The notes under the pieces: model-generated
The model's database searches: none
Told to the model about the DNA's origin: nothing
What the model saw: the letters and a program-made list of their open reading frames with translations, nothing else
Made by a program: the position numbers and the translations under genes
Assembly: GCA_016840165.1 (NCBI GenBank)
Contig: JAEOSU010000009.1
Coordinates: forward strand, 1 to 64,000
Reading direction: 5' to 3'
Length of the DNA stretch: 64,000 bases
From: Promethearchaeota archaeon
Lineage (GTDB): Archaea > Asgardarchaeota > Lokiarchaeia > Sigyniarchaeales > SOKP01
Part shown: positions 39,978 through 49,296 of the stretch, in pieces
How the letters are laid out: every line of letters begins with the position of its first letter
Position numbering within the stretch: the first letter of the stretch is position 1

Positions 39978-41390
39978 TTGAAACTGAGTCTCATGCCTCA
40001 AGAACATCGATATAATTCTCTTCTCTGGCCAATTTATTTTTTAAATGGATTTCAAAGTATCGCGTGGGGAGGGATTATCTTCCTTATCGTTCCGATATCG
40101 CGAATAATTTGGCCAGGAGATCCGAGTCATGCCTTAGAAATGGGAATAATGATCACAACTTTATCTTGGTCTGCATCTATTTCAGGGCTGTTATTGGGAT
40201 TTTATATCGATAAATATTCTCGAAAGAAAATTCTATTTATAATATCCATATTTAGGGGTATTGCCATTATACTACTAGGTTTTGGGATTCAAGGCGGAGA
40301 AGACTTTACTTATCTTTATTTCTTAATCTTTATATCGATTTTTGGAATTTTTGCAGGGTTAAGTTGGCCGACAGTCATTTCTCTCTCTAATGATATTGTA
40401 CCTAAGGAGCATAGGTCTAGATTTTTTGGGAATTATGAGATTGTTCGTTCTTTAACGATGACACTGGGGTTTGTTTTTGGAGCTTTATTAATGCAAACAG
40501 GTTATTGGCGTTTCTTTTTTTGGATAGCTGGCAGTGGAATAATTATATTCGGAATTGTTTATGATATCCAAAGCGAGGAACCGAAACGCGGTGCTCAAGA
40601 AGAAGAATTGATTCATATTTTAAAAAAGGATAATCTAACTTATAATTATAAAATTAATCGAGAAATGATGAAGAAAACAATGTTTAGTAAAACCAATATT
40701 GTTGCCTTAATCGAAGGTATTTTTACATGGATTCTAATGGGTTCTATTAATTTCTTGATACTTAATCTGATCCAAAACGAGCCACACAATATCTCAGAAT
40801 TTTCAACTAGTATATTTATGGTAATTTTTGGATTAACGGGGGGCATCTCAGGTCAGCTAATTTTGGCTCGATTAAGTGATAAACTCGCTCGGAAATATAT
40901 GAATGCACGAGTACTAATGATTATTTTTGCTTTAATAGGCGGTATCATAACATTTGCGCTCTTTTTCTTTATTCCTTGGCCAAATTTAACAGTGGAACAG
41001 GGAAAAGATATTATATATTTAATGTCATTCCCAGCAATTTGGTTAATGGGAGCTTTATTCTTCTTTTCCAGATCCATTTTTTCTCTCTATATTGTAAATC
41101 AAAGCCCCGTGTTACAACATATCAATTTGCCTGAAGCGCAAGCTCAAATTGTCTCTTGGAATCAATTTTTAGAAAACCTTGGCAGAGGAATAGGACCCGC
41201 AATAAGTGGACTTTTATTGGTCCTTACACAATATAATTATCAGCAGACTATTCTCTATGTAATTTTATGTATTTTACCAGGAGTAATCCTCTGGACATTT
41301 GCGATAAAATGGTATCCGAGTAATGTTATTCAAATTAAAGCCATCTTAAAAGAAAGAGCAGAATCTATTAAATCAAATTCTAAATCCTAA
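39978..41390 (+). CDS. MFS transporter
   Basis: Motif A (GFYIDKYSRK; LSDKL), P.EHRSRFFG, WR..F, GRGIGP.ISG. Confidence 0.88.
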   Translation: MKLSLMPQEHRYNSLLWPIYFLNGFQSIAWGGIIFLIVPISRIIWPGDPSHALEMGIMITTLSWSASISGLLLGFYIDKYSRKKILFIISIFRGIAIILLGFGIQGGEDFTYLYFLIFISIFGIFAGLSWPTVISLSNDIVPKEHRSRFFGNYEIVRSLTMTLGFVFGALLMQTGYWRFFFWIAGSGIIIFGIVYDIQSEEPKRGAQEEELIHILKKDNLTYNYKINREMMKKTMFSKTNIVALIEGIFTWILMGSINFLILNLIQNEPHNISEFSTSIFMVIFGLTGGISGQLILARLSDKLARKYMNARVLMIIFALIGGIITFALFFFIPWPNLTVEQGKDIIYLMSFPAIWLMGALFFFSRSIFSLYIVNQSPVLQHINLPEAQAQIVSWNQFLENLGRGIGPAISGLLLVLTQYNYQQTILYVILCILPGVILWTFAIKWYPSNVIQIKAILKERAESIKSNSKS

Positions 41391-41448
41391 ATAAATGATT
41401 TTGATTAATAATAAAAAAATTTAATAATAAAACAAGAAGTAAGAAATT

Positions 41449-41940
41449 ATGGTAAAAGTATTAGTGGTATATTATTCGTTGACTGGTAATACCAAATTTA
41501 TTGCAAATCATATAGGCAATGAACTAAATGCAGATTTCGAAGAAGTAAAACCCGTCAAAGATTTGGATCCGGAAAGTGGTTCGAAATACTTCTGGGGTGG
41601 AATGAAAGCTACGATGAAGATTAAACCTAAACTAGAAAAGTTAATACATAATCCAATGGATTATGATTTAATTATTATCGGTAGTCCTGTATGGGCGTGG
41701 ACATTATCTCCGCCAATTCGGTCTTATTGCTCGCAATTTGATTTAAAGGATAAAAATGTGGCGTTAATCACCAGCAGTAGCGGTGATGGAGTAAAGGCAA
41801 TGAATAGATTTAAGGATTTTCTGATAGATAGTAATATTATTGGTGAATACCGCTTTCAAGATCCCTTGACTAACAATCCAGAACAAGCTAGAGAAAAGGC
41901 AACTGAATGGGTAAAAGAATTAATGAGGATCATCCAATAA
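41449..41940 (+). CDS. Flavodoxin family protein
   Basis: YYSLTGNTK.IA, YD.III.GSPVW. Confidence 0.88.
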   Translation: MVKVLVVYYSLTGNTKFIANHIGNELNADFEEVKPVKDLDPESGSKYFWGGMKATMKIKPKLEKLIHNPMDYDLIIIGSPVWAWTLSPPIRSYCSQFDLKDKNVALITSSSGDGVKAMNRFKDFLIDSNIIGEYRFQDPLTNNPEQAREKATEWVKELMRIIQ

Positions 41941-42058
41941 GAAGTGATTAAGTAATTTTTAAAATTTAAAATTATATTTTTTTACTCTATTCCTTTTTTA
42001 AATATTTATTGAATCATAAACATTTAAATTGATAATTAAGTATTAAACAAAGTAGATT

Positions 42059-42604
42059 ATGAGTGATTTTAAGTTCAAGCTCCCAATAATCGGCGACGGC
42101 GGTGTGGGTAAAACTACATTAACACATCGTTATTTAGAGGGCATTTTTGATGAGAAATATGCCCTTACAATCGGAATGGAGTTTTATATTAAGAAACTTG
42201 AGGTTGATGAGAAAATGACTAGCCTTCATATCTGGGACTTCGCTGGAGAAGAAAAATTCCGATTTCTTTTGCCAGGAGTTATAAATGAAGCAAATGGTAC
42301 TTTATTTATGTTCGATATCACTCGCTACAAGACATTTAGCAATCTGATAGATTGGTTAGCTGTTTTTAACGAAACAAATAGAAATTATGGTCAACAAGTT
42401 GAAACTATCTTGATAGGAAGCAAGTTAGATCTTGAACAAGCGCGCACGGTTTCCAAAACTGATGCTGCTGAATTCGCTAAAGAACATAATTTTTCAGAAT
42501 ATATAGAATGTTCTTCTAAAACTGGAGAGAATGTACAGTTAATCTTTGAAAGAATCGCACGATTAATGCTAAAGAACGAAATTTCGCTGCTGAAAAAAAA
42601 GTAA
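42059..42604 (+). CDS. Rab-like small GTPase
   Basis: G1 GDGGVGKTT, G2 TIG, G3 WDFAGEE, G4 SKLD, G5 ECSSK; no C-terminal Cys. Confidence 0.92.
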   Translation: MSDFKFKLPIIGDGGVGKTTLTHRYLEGIFDEKYALTIGMEFYIKKLEVDEKMTSLHIWDFAGEEKFRFLLPGVINEANGTLFMFDITRYKTFSNLIDWLAVFNETNRNYGQQVETILIGSKLDLEQARTVSKTDAAEFAKEHNFSEYIECSSKTGENVQLIFERIARLMLKNEISLLKKK

Positions 42605-42747
42605 GAGATCGAGATAAAATCCATTTACTTGCTACAGGATGCTTTTTGCTTTTTCAATAACTTTTATTATCATTTCTAAATTAATTAAAGATATTGAATA
42701 TGGAATTTAGACTTAAATTTTAAAATTCTAATCCAAATTTAGGAGCA

Positions 42748-44370
42748 TTGAATGAAAGAATGAAATCGATGTATGATTTAGATGTCCCTATTCCTTCTAA
42801 AAAGGCCCATATAGTACGAAATATAAAAGAAGTTTCTCAAGCCCAGAGAGAAACTTTACTTAAGGAGACCGAATATAGTATGTTCTCTTTTCCGGCAGAT
42901 ATGCTCATTTTAGATTTTTTATCTGATAGTGGTACCTCAACAATGACAGATTTACAATGGGCAGCAATACTTCTCGGTGATGAGTCATATGGACGCAATC
43001 GTGGATATTATATTCTCCTTGATGCAATTAGGGATACTTTCGAACGTGGTGATCAGCAAAAAAAAGTTATCAATCTAATTCTTTCAGGCGAAACTAATGT
43101 TGATAGACTCATGAATGAACTTTATCTTACCTCATTTGAAGGTGGGTTTGTTAATGGAGGAGTTCATCAATTAAAACGACCGAATGCTTTTCTTGTCCCA
43201 CAAGGACGTTGTGCTGAATATCTACTCTTTTCCACCATTGCACCATTATTAAAACGAAATAATCCGAAAGATGTGTTCTATATTCCCAATAATGGGCACT
43301 TTGACACCACTGAAGCCAATATAAGAGCCAACGGATTTCAGCCTGTAAACTTTTTTTCGAACAATCTTCTTGAAGATTTTCCTGTTGAAAAGATAAGTCT
43401 TAAAAATCCATTTAAAGGTAATATGGATGTAGATGGTTTAAAAAAATTTATAGAAAGTAAGGGAGTGGGTACCATTCCTTTAATCTATTTAACTATTACT
43501 AATAATACTGCTGCAGGTCAACCAGTTTCTATGAAAAATATAAAAGAAGTTAGAGATGTCGCGAATAAATTTGATATTCCTCTTTTCTTAGATGCCTGCC
43601 GATATGCGGAAAACGCTTACTTCATAAAAGAGTTCGAGCAAGGATATAAAAATAAATCCATCCCTACTATAATAATGGAGTTATTTTCTTATGTTGATGG
43701 ATTTACAATAAGTTTCAAGAAAGACGGTTTAGCGAACATGGGAGGAGGATTATTTTTCAGAGATCAGGGAGTTTTTCATAGGAAATTTTCTGAAGATGGT
43801 GATATTGGGATTAAATTAAAAGAAAGACAAATTTTAATTTTTGGAAACGATTCCTATGGAGGATTGAGTGGCCGTGATATTATGGCTTTAGCTGCTGGAT
43901 TATATGAAGTTGTTAAGGAAAGCTATCTTAAAGAAAGGATTACTCAGGTACGAGACTTTGCTACAAAACTCTCACATAATGGCGTTCCTGTTGTTCTTCC
44001 TCCTGGTGGTCATGCCATCTATATCAACGTTGATAAGTTCTTTGCTGGTACAGATATGAAAATAAATGATTTTGGAGGCGTCGGGTTTGCTATCGAATTA
44101 TTAAGGTATTACGGTATTAGAGCATGTGAGCTAGGTCCATTTGCCTTTGAATGGGATAATAAAACTCCTAAGGAACGTGAGGGGATTTTAAATTTAATCC
44201 GTTTTGCGATCCCTCGAAATGTATATAACACTGATCATATCGATTATGCAGTAGCTGCAGTTACTGAATTATATAATAATAAAGAGAAAATCCCAAAAGT
44301 TAAGATCTCGCGAGGAGCTAAATTACGCCTTCGACATTTTCAATCCGGTCTTCAACCTATTTATAAATGA
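42748..44370 (+). CDS. tnaA: Tryptophanase / tyrosine phenol-lyase family beta-eliminating lyase
   Basis: DFLSDSGT, GDESY, QGR.AE, HFDTT, TITNN.AAGQPVS, DACR..EN, SFKKD, YGGLSGRD, P.GGHA, R.AIPR.VY, LRHF. Confidence 0.85.
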   Translation: MNERMKSMYDLDVPIPSKKAHIVRNIKEVSQAQRETLLKETEYSMFSFPADMLILDFLSDSGTSTMTDLQWAAILLGDESYGRNRGYYILLDAIRDTFERGDQQKKVINLILSGETNVDRLMNELYLTSFEGGFVNGGVHQLKRPNAFLVPQGRCAEYLLFSTIAPLLKRNNPKDVFYIPNNGHFDTTEANIRANGFQPVNFFSNNLLEDFPVEKISLKNPFKGNMDVDGLKKFIESKGVGTIPLIYLTITNNTAAGQPVSMKNIKEVRDVANKFDIPLFLDACRYAENAYFIKEFEQGYKNKSIPTIIMELFSYVDGFTISFKKDGLANMGGGLFFRDQGVFHRKFSEDGDIGIKLKERQILIFGNDSYGGLSGRDIMALAAGLYEVVKESYLKERITQVRDFATKLSHNGVPVVLPPGGHAIYINVDKFFAGTDMKINDFGGVGFAIELLRYYGIRACELGPFAFEWDNKTPKEREGILNLIRFAIPRNVYNTDHIDYAVAAVTELYNNKEKIPKVKISRGAKLRLRHFQSGLQPIYK

Positions 44371-44493
44371 TGGAAAAAAAGAGATTACATTACTTTTTAG
44401 TTAATACTAAAGTAAGAACGTAACCTAAATGGCGAAAATTAAACAAAACTTTGAGTAAAGCAAAAAGAATGACGACTTAATATGAAAATACCT

Positions 44494-44814
44494 TTAGATT
44501 TCCAAAGTTCTTAATCGTTTGGACATGTTTTTTCTCTTCAGGATCTTCATAAAGTCATCTTCTTCTTGCTTTAATCTACTAAGAAACGTATCGAGTTTAT
44601 CAAAGTTATTAAACCAATGTTCCTCACCATTAACAATAATCTTGACACCCTTTTTATCAATATTATTGATAATTGCATAGATACCACCTATTTCCGAATC
44701 ATGTTTGATAAATACCTTTTCCCCATTCGAATTAACCCCTTTTTCATTCCCTTTTTTAGCCCAAAATTGATTTTTAAGAAGGTAACTTCTATACATACTC
44801 ATTTTCACACACAC
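44494..44814 (-). CDS. Hypothetical protein (106 aa)
   Basis: Protein-like composition; fills the gap; no family recognised. Confidence 0.55.
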   Translation of the reverse strand: MCVKMSMYRSYLLKNQFWAKKGNEKGVNSNGEKVFIKHDSEIGGIYAIINNIDKKGVKIIVNGEEHWFNNFDKLDTFLSRLKQEEDDFMKILKRKNMSKRLRTLEI

Positions 44815-44838
44815 AACCTATATTTTTAATTTTTAATC

Positions 44839-44951
44839 ATGGGTCATCGTGATATAGTAGATAATGGCCCATAGAGTAGTATCTAAGTAATATAATATTG
44901 AGCTATATTATAGAACCGTGTATTATCCAAATGTAATCTAGATAATACGCG
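44839..44951 (+). other. Cluster of three stem-loops (candidate structured RNA)
   Basis: atgggtcat/atggcccat (44839-44872), tataatat/atattata (44891-44912), cgtgtattatc/gataatacgcg (44917-44951). Both imperfect positions are U-G pairs on the + strand. Confidence 0.4.
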
Positions 44952-45171
44952 ACTTTTAATTTCTATTAACCCAACTATTTTACTCAGATCCATTATTATC
45001 AAAAATCTCAAAATTCCTATTTAAATGGGCAACTAAAGAAAATTATAGCATTTCATACAAAATTTTTTCTTATGGTAGATTTCGACTGCAAGTTTGTAAT
45101 ATGGTAACGATAATATAGAAAAAAAATGGCTTTTAAAAAGTCATATATATTATTATTTTTGGGAGCTCAAA

Positions 45172-45465
45172 ATGTTGATGAATGAAGAATTCGAATTCTT
45201 AGTATCGATATATGAAGGATTTCTAAAGACGAAAAATGATCAGATCCATAAATTTATGTGGAAATTGAATTCTATCACTAAAACCATGAAATTTTCAAAC
45301 GATCAAAGTGATGATGGCTTCTGTGAGAATGCCCTTCGAATGATCATGAGTTTGTTCCATAATTACATCATTGATGATTCAGAAATCGAAGAAACTGTTG
45401 ATAATGGATCACTTTTTAATGATAGGGATGTAATTTTGCCTATCTTAATTGAAGAATTCGTTTAA
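45172..45465 (+). CDS. Hypothetical acidic helical protein (97 aa)
   Basis: ATG start after an SD-like GGGAG; no family recognised. Confidence 0.6.
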   Translation: MLMNEEFEFLVSIYEGFLKTKNDQIHKFMWKLNSITKTMKFSNDQSDDGFCENALRMIMSLFHNYIIDDSEIEETVDNGSLFNDRDVILPILIEEFV

Positions 45466-45516
45466 CTTTCATTATTAGCAATATTAATCATTATCTATTA
45501 ATTTAGAATTAAATTA

Positions 45517-46023
45517 TTACTTAAACTGTTTTTCAAATTCCCATACTGAATCTTGAATGGTGTGTAGGTTTTTTATGACCTTCCCAGATTCCTTTCTCTT
45601 CATCTCATCTGCGTCGTACATTGCTTTCCCCACAGCCAATGAACGGTCATGAGTTTCATCAGCTATTTCAATAATATCTCCTTTTTTAATCGAGGAATCT
45701 ATTTTGGTGATTCCCGGTCTCATAATATCTGCACCGTTTGCAACAAATTTAATAGCTCCCATATCCACGACAACCTTCTTTAAATTAACTTGATTGTTTA
45801 AAAGAAGGGTCAAAACCGGGATATATCCCTCTTTAGATTTCCAAAGCTTTAAAACATCATTAATTGCAAACAAGGTGTCTCCAGCATCAGTTTGAATGAG
45901 TTCTATCTTAGCTTTTTTAGGGAAGATTTGCGAGAGAAATTTCTCATCATATTGCTTTAAAATATCCTCTTTTAATTCCCTAATTTGTGATTTCTGAATA
46001 AAATGTCTTTGTTTGATGTTCAT
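45517..46023 (-). CDS. PUA-domain RNA-binding protein (DUF1947 / Tma20-MCT-1-like)
   Basis: QRHFI.KS, IPVL, VVVDMGAIKFVANGADIMRPGI, AVG, GKVIKNLH...D..W. Confidence 0.9.
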   Translation of the reverse strand: MNIKQRHFIQKSQIRELKEDILKQYDEKFLSQIFPKKAKIELIQTDAGDTLFAINDVLKLWKSKEGYIPVLTLLLNNQVNLKKVVVDMGAIKFVANGADIMRPGITKIDSSIKKGDIIEIADETHDRSLAVGKAMYDADEMKRKESGKVIKNLHTIQDSVWEFEKQFK

Positions 46024-46093
46024 GATTTACTAACTAAATAATAATGATTCCATAAAAACCTTTTAATTTCATATTCCCATATCTTCAAGTGTC

Positions 46094-46639
46094 ATGTCTA
46101 AGGTATATTCCTCGGCCGTAGTATTCATCCCTCCCGAAAAACTATGGAATCCAATTCAAGCAATACGAGAAAAATATGACAGAAATTTCCGCCGTTGGAT
46201 GCCTCACATCACTCTATTATATCCCTTTCGACCAGAAAGCGAATTTGATTCATTAGAATTAGACTTTAAAAAAGTATGTAAGGATTTGGCACCTTTTGAA
46301 CTAAAGCTAGAATCTTTCAATTTTTTCCAGCATGGAAAGCAACGTTTTACTATATGGCTCGAGCCAAAACCGCAAGACATAATTATTAATCTCCAGAGAA
46401 AAATTCAAATCGTTGCCCCCAATTGTAATGACGTTGTTTTATTCAAGGGAGGTTTTACTCCCCATCTAAGCTTAGGGCAGATAACGGGAAGAGATGTATT
46501 AGAGAGAACTTTACTAGATTTTAAATCTCATTGGAAATCTCTTCAGTTCATAATTGACAAATTGTTTATTATTGCTCGAGAAGCGAGCAAGAATTCCATT
46601 TTTCAAATTAAAAAAATCATTCCCTTCTCAAAACAATAA
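46094..46639 (+). CDS. 2H phosphoesterase (2'-5' RNA ligase family)
   Basis: Two HxT/S motifs: PHITL and PHLSL. Confidence 0.88.
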   Translation: MSKVYSSAVVFIPPEKLWNPIQAIREKYDRNFRRWMPHITLLYPFRPESEFDSLELDFKKVCKDLAPFELKLESFNFFQHGKQRFTIWLEPKPQDIIINLQRKIQIVAPNCNDVVLFKGGFTPHLSLGQITGRDVLERTLLDFKSHWKSLQFIIDKLFIIAREASKNSIFQIKKIIPFSKQ

Positions 46640-46689
46640 AAAAGTCAAATTCCAAAAAAGATAAAGAAGTAAGTCTAGGTAAAAAATAA

Positions 46690-47253
46690 TTAATCTAAAG
46701 TCTGTTTTGCTTTATAGACTAATTCTGCGATTTTTTGAAACACCATTTTAACATTCTCCCCCGTTAATGCTGAAGTTTCAAAATAAGGAGCATTCAATTT
46801 TTCACTTAAATGTTCTGCCATAGGTAAAATAATCTTACGCTCATCTTTTAAGTCAATTTTGTTGCCTATCAATATGCGTGGTACACCACTTAAGCCATAC
46901 TTTATAGCAGAATTCCACCAGTTATTTACATTCGAAAAAGTGCTTGAGCGGGTAACATCAAAAACTAAAATGACACCATCCGCACCATTGAAGTAAGGTC
47001 GATGGAGCATATAAAACTGAGGCTGACCTGCTACATCCCAAAACATTAGATTTACAACAGTATTTTCATCCAGATTAATTGGTTCCTTTAATATATTTAC
47101 ACCCACTGTTGGAAGATACTTTTCTTCGAATTGATTTTTCGCAAACTTAGTAAGAAGACTTGTTTTACCAACTGCGGGATCCCCGATCACGATAACTTTA
47201 TAGATAGACTCTGTTTTCCCCTGAAATATAATATCGCTTTTATCTTTACTCAT
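46690..47253 (-). CDS. Rab-like small GTPase
   Basis: GDPAVGKTS, PTVG, WDVAGQ, GNKID, ETSA; no prenylation Cys. Confidence 0.93.
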   Translation of the reverse strand: MSKDKSDIIFQGKTESIYKVIVIGDPAVGKTSLLTKFAKNQFEEKYLPTVGVNILKEPINLDENTVVNLMFWDVAGQPQFYMLHRPYFNGADGVILVFDVTRSSTFSNVNNWWNSAIKYGLSGVPRILIGNKIDLKDERKIILPMAEHLSEKLNAPYFETSALTGENVKMVFQKIAELVYKAKQTLD

Positions 47254-47416
47254 AATTCATTCCTTTTATAAAAATAAAATATCGTTCAAATATGAATATG
47301 ATTATTATTAATATGGAGTATATATTTTAAAATCTTTAGTGAATTTTTCTTAAAAAATGCTCTTTACTATTTCTTAATATCCATATATTTAACTTGATAA
47401 ACTTTTTAATGCCATA

Positions 47417-48046
47417 TTAAAATTTTTTTTTCCAAAAAGCTATTTTTTCTTTTAGAAAATTACTAATTGTTGGAGAATTTGGTTTTTCTTTATGATATTC
47501 CTCTGTTAATGAACTTGCATTTTCCAGGCGATTGATCGATTGAGAAATTTCATATAGTATTCGATGTCCTCCAGTAAATTCAAATATTTCTTCTTTAATT
47601 TTTTCTAGTGTATCTTTAATAGCTATAGGATCGTCATTAGTCTTTAAATCACCTTTTAAATCTTCAAACTGCTTTATAATCGACTCTTTCTTATCAGTAG
47701 CACTTTCATCTCTTTCTATAGCTTGACCAATAGTTTCTTCTTTAGAAGAGACTGATTTCAAATTTACTAGAAGTGATTTTATTAAATCTAATTCTTCTTG
47801 AATTTTACTCTGGTTATCGATTACGCTTTTTAACTGTGGATTTAAACTTTTGATATCAATAGTTGCCTTATGAAGATCTTCTATTTTATCAGTAAGCATG
47901 TTAATTTTAAGGTTAGTTTGCCCCATTTTGGTTATAATATCTAACCCAAATTTTTCAAGCACCGAAGAGAATTGTCCTATCTTTTCATCAAGGCTATTTA
48001 CTCGGGTTAAAAAATCCTCTTTATTAATGTTTTCCTTCTCGTTCAT
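47417..48046 (-). CDS. Coiled-coil hypothetical protein
   Basis: 209 aa, heptad-rich and helical; no family recognised. Confidence 0.65.
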   Translation of the reverse strand: MNEKENINKEDFLTRVNSLDEKIGQFSSVLEKFGLDIITKMGQTNLKINMLTDKIEDLHKATIDIKSLNPQLKSVIDNQSKIQEELDLIKSLLVNLKSVSSKEETIGQAIERDESATDKKESIIKQFEDLKGDLKTNDDPIAIKDTLEKIKEEIFEFTGGHRILYEISQSINRLENASSLTEEYHKEKPNSPTISNFLKEKIAFWKKKF

Positions 48047-48279
48047 CAGATTATTACCACATACAATTGAATATTCTACTTAAGATGAATAATTCAAATT
48101 AATAATAAAGAATTGTGTAAATGATCAATTTTTAATTGTTTTTAATTATTTAGTAATATAATAAGTAATTTATAAATCAAATTTGTAAATTGTGTAGTTC
48201 TAAGATTTAATATTACAGAATATTAGAATTAAAATAATCTATTAGGAAAATATGAATAAATTTTTTGATGTGATGTGTT

Positions 48280-49182
48280 CTGGGAATACTTTATTTAAAC
48301 ATCCTTACTAAAGATGGTAAATCACTGGTTTTTCGAAACTATAGTAATACTGATGTCGATCGTGATCTTTTAGCAGGATTTTTAAGCGCATTCTCGGGAT
48401 TTATGAAGGAAATCAGTCAAAGTGAGATTAGATCGACAGCTACTGATGAATTTAAATATTTCTACACCATTATTGATGAGATAATTATTGTGGTTTGTAG
48501 CGATTTAGAAGATGATGATGCAACAGTTAATTCAAAGATATCCACGATTAGAGCAAAATTTATCAAAAGATATGGAGAAATCTTGGAAAGTGGGACATGG
48601 ACAGGCAATAGAGCAATCTTTAACGAATTTGAGCGCGAGATTGATGAAACTATACTTGGAGCAATTAAAGTCTCTATAATTGGGACGGGTGGAGTAGGAA
48701 AAACCACTCTCCTGCAACTAATTTGCGGGAAAGATATTGATTTAGAATACATCCCAACAATCAATGTAGATATTACTTCTTTTGATGGAGAAGCACTCGA
48801 AGTTAATCGTTCTATTGTTTTTTGGGATTTTGCTGGTCAAGCAAATTTTAGATCGCTTTGGAAAAGTTTACTTGATAGTACTGATGTTGCATTGCTGGTT
48901 CTAGATTCAAGTTTCGAAAATGTAAATCAATGTAAAGAGATAATTCGTGATGTTTTAGACAAATTTTACAAAGATACACTTGTAATTGGAATTGCTAATA
49001 AACAAGATCTTCCTCATCGACTAACTCCTGAATTCTGTGAACGAATTTTATCTGAGGCAGATCGACATCCCCCAATTAAAGTTCATGGCATGATAGCAAT
49101 CAATTCTGTCTATCGTGAGAAAATTCATGCAATATTACGAGAAGCGATTAAGAGAGTTTATCCTGATATAAAGAAGAAGTAA
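48280..49182 (+). CDS. Longin-domain / small GTPase (Arf/Rab-like) fusion; start lies upstream of the ORF-track ATG and is probably non-AUG
   Basis: Frame is open from 48274: LGILYLNILTKDGKSLVFRNY...DRDLLAGFLSAFSGF precedes MKEIS (longin beta1-beta2-alpha1). Then GTGGVGKTT, PTI, WDFAGQ, ANKQD. Confidence 0.8.
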   Translation: MGILYLNILTKDGKSLVFRNYSNTDVDRDLLAGFLSAFSGFMKEISQSEIRSTATDEFKYFYTIIDEIIIVVCSDLEDDDATVNSKISTIRAKFIKRYGEILESGTWTGNRAIFNEFEREIDETILGAIKVSIIGTGGVGKTTLLQLICGKDIDLEYIPTINVDITSFDGEALEVNRSIVFWDFAGQANFRSLWKSLLDSTDVALLVLDSSFENVNQCKEIIRDVLDKFYKDTLVIGIANKQDLPHRLTPEFCERILSEADRHPPIKVHGMIAINSVYREKIHAILREAIKRVYPDIKKK

Positions 49183-49296
49183 GATCCTTCTCAAAATATT
49201 TTGCTATTTTCAAAAAAAACTAAATCAAGGAAAAATAATTTATAACTTTCGTAATTAATGCTTATTATCTACTAAACACATTCGATAATTTATTTT

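Noticed and set aside
47417-47435. Possible homopolymer frameshift at the 3' end of the coiled-coil gene (FWKKKF*)
   Set aside because: A poly-T run is present on the + strand, but no convincing continuation was seen in other frames; cannot be supported without orthologues.
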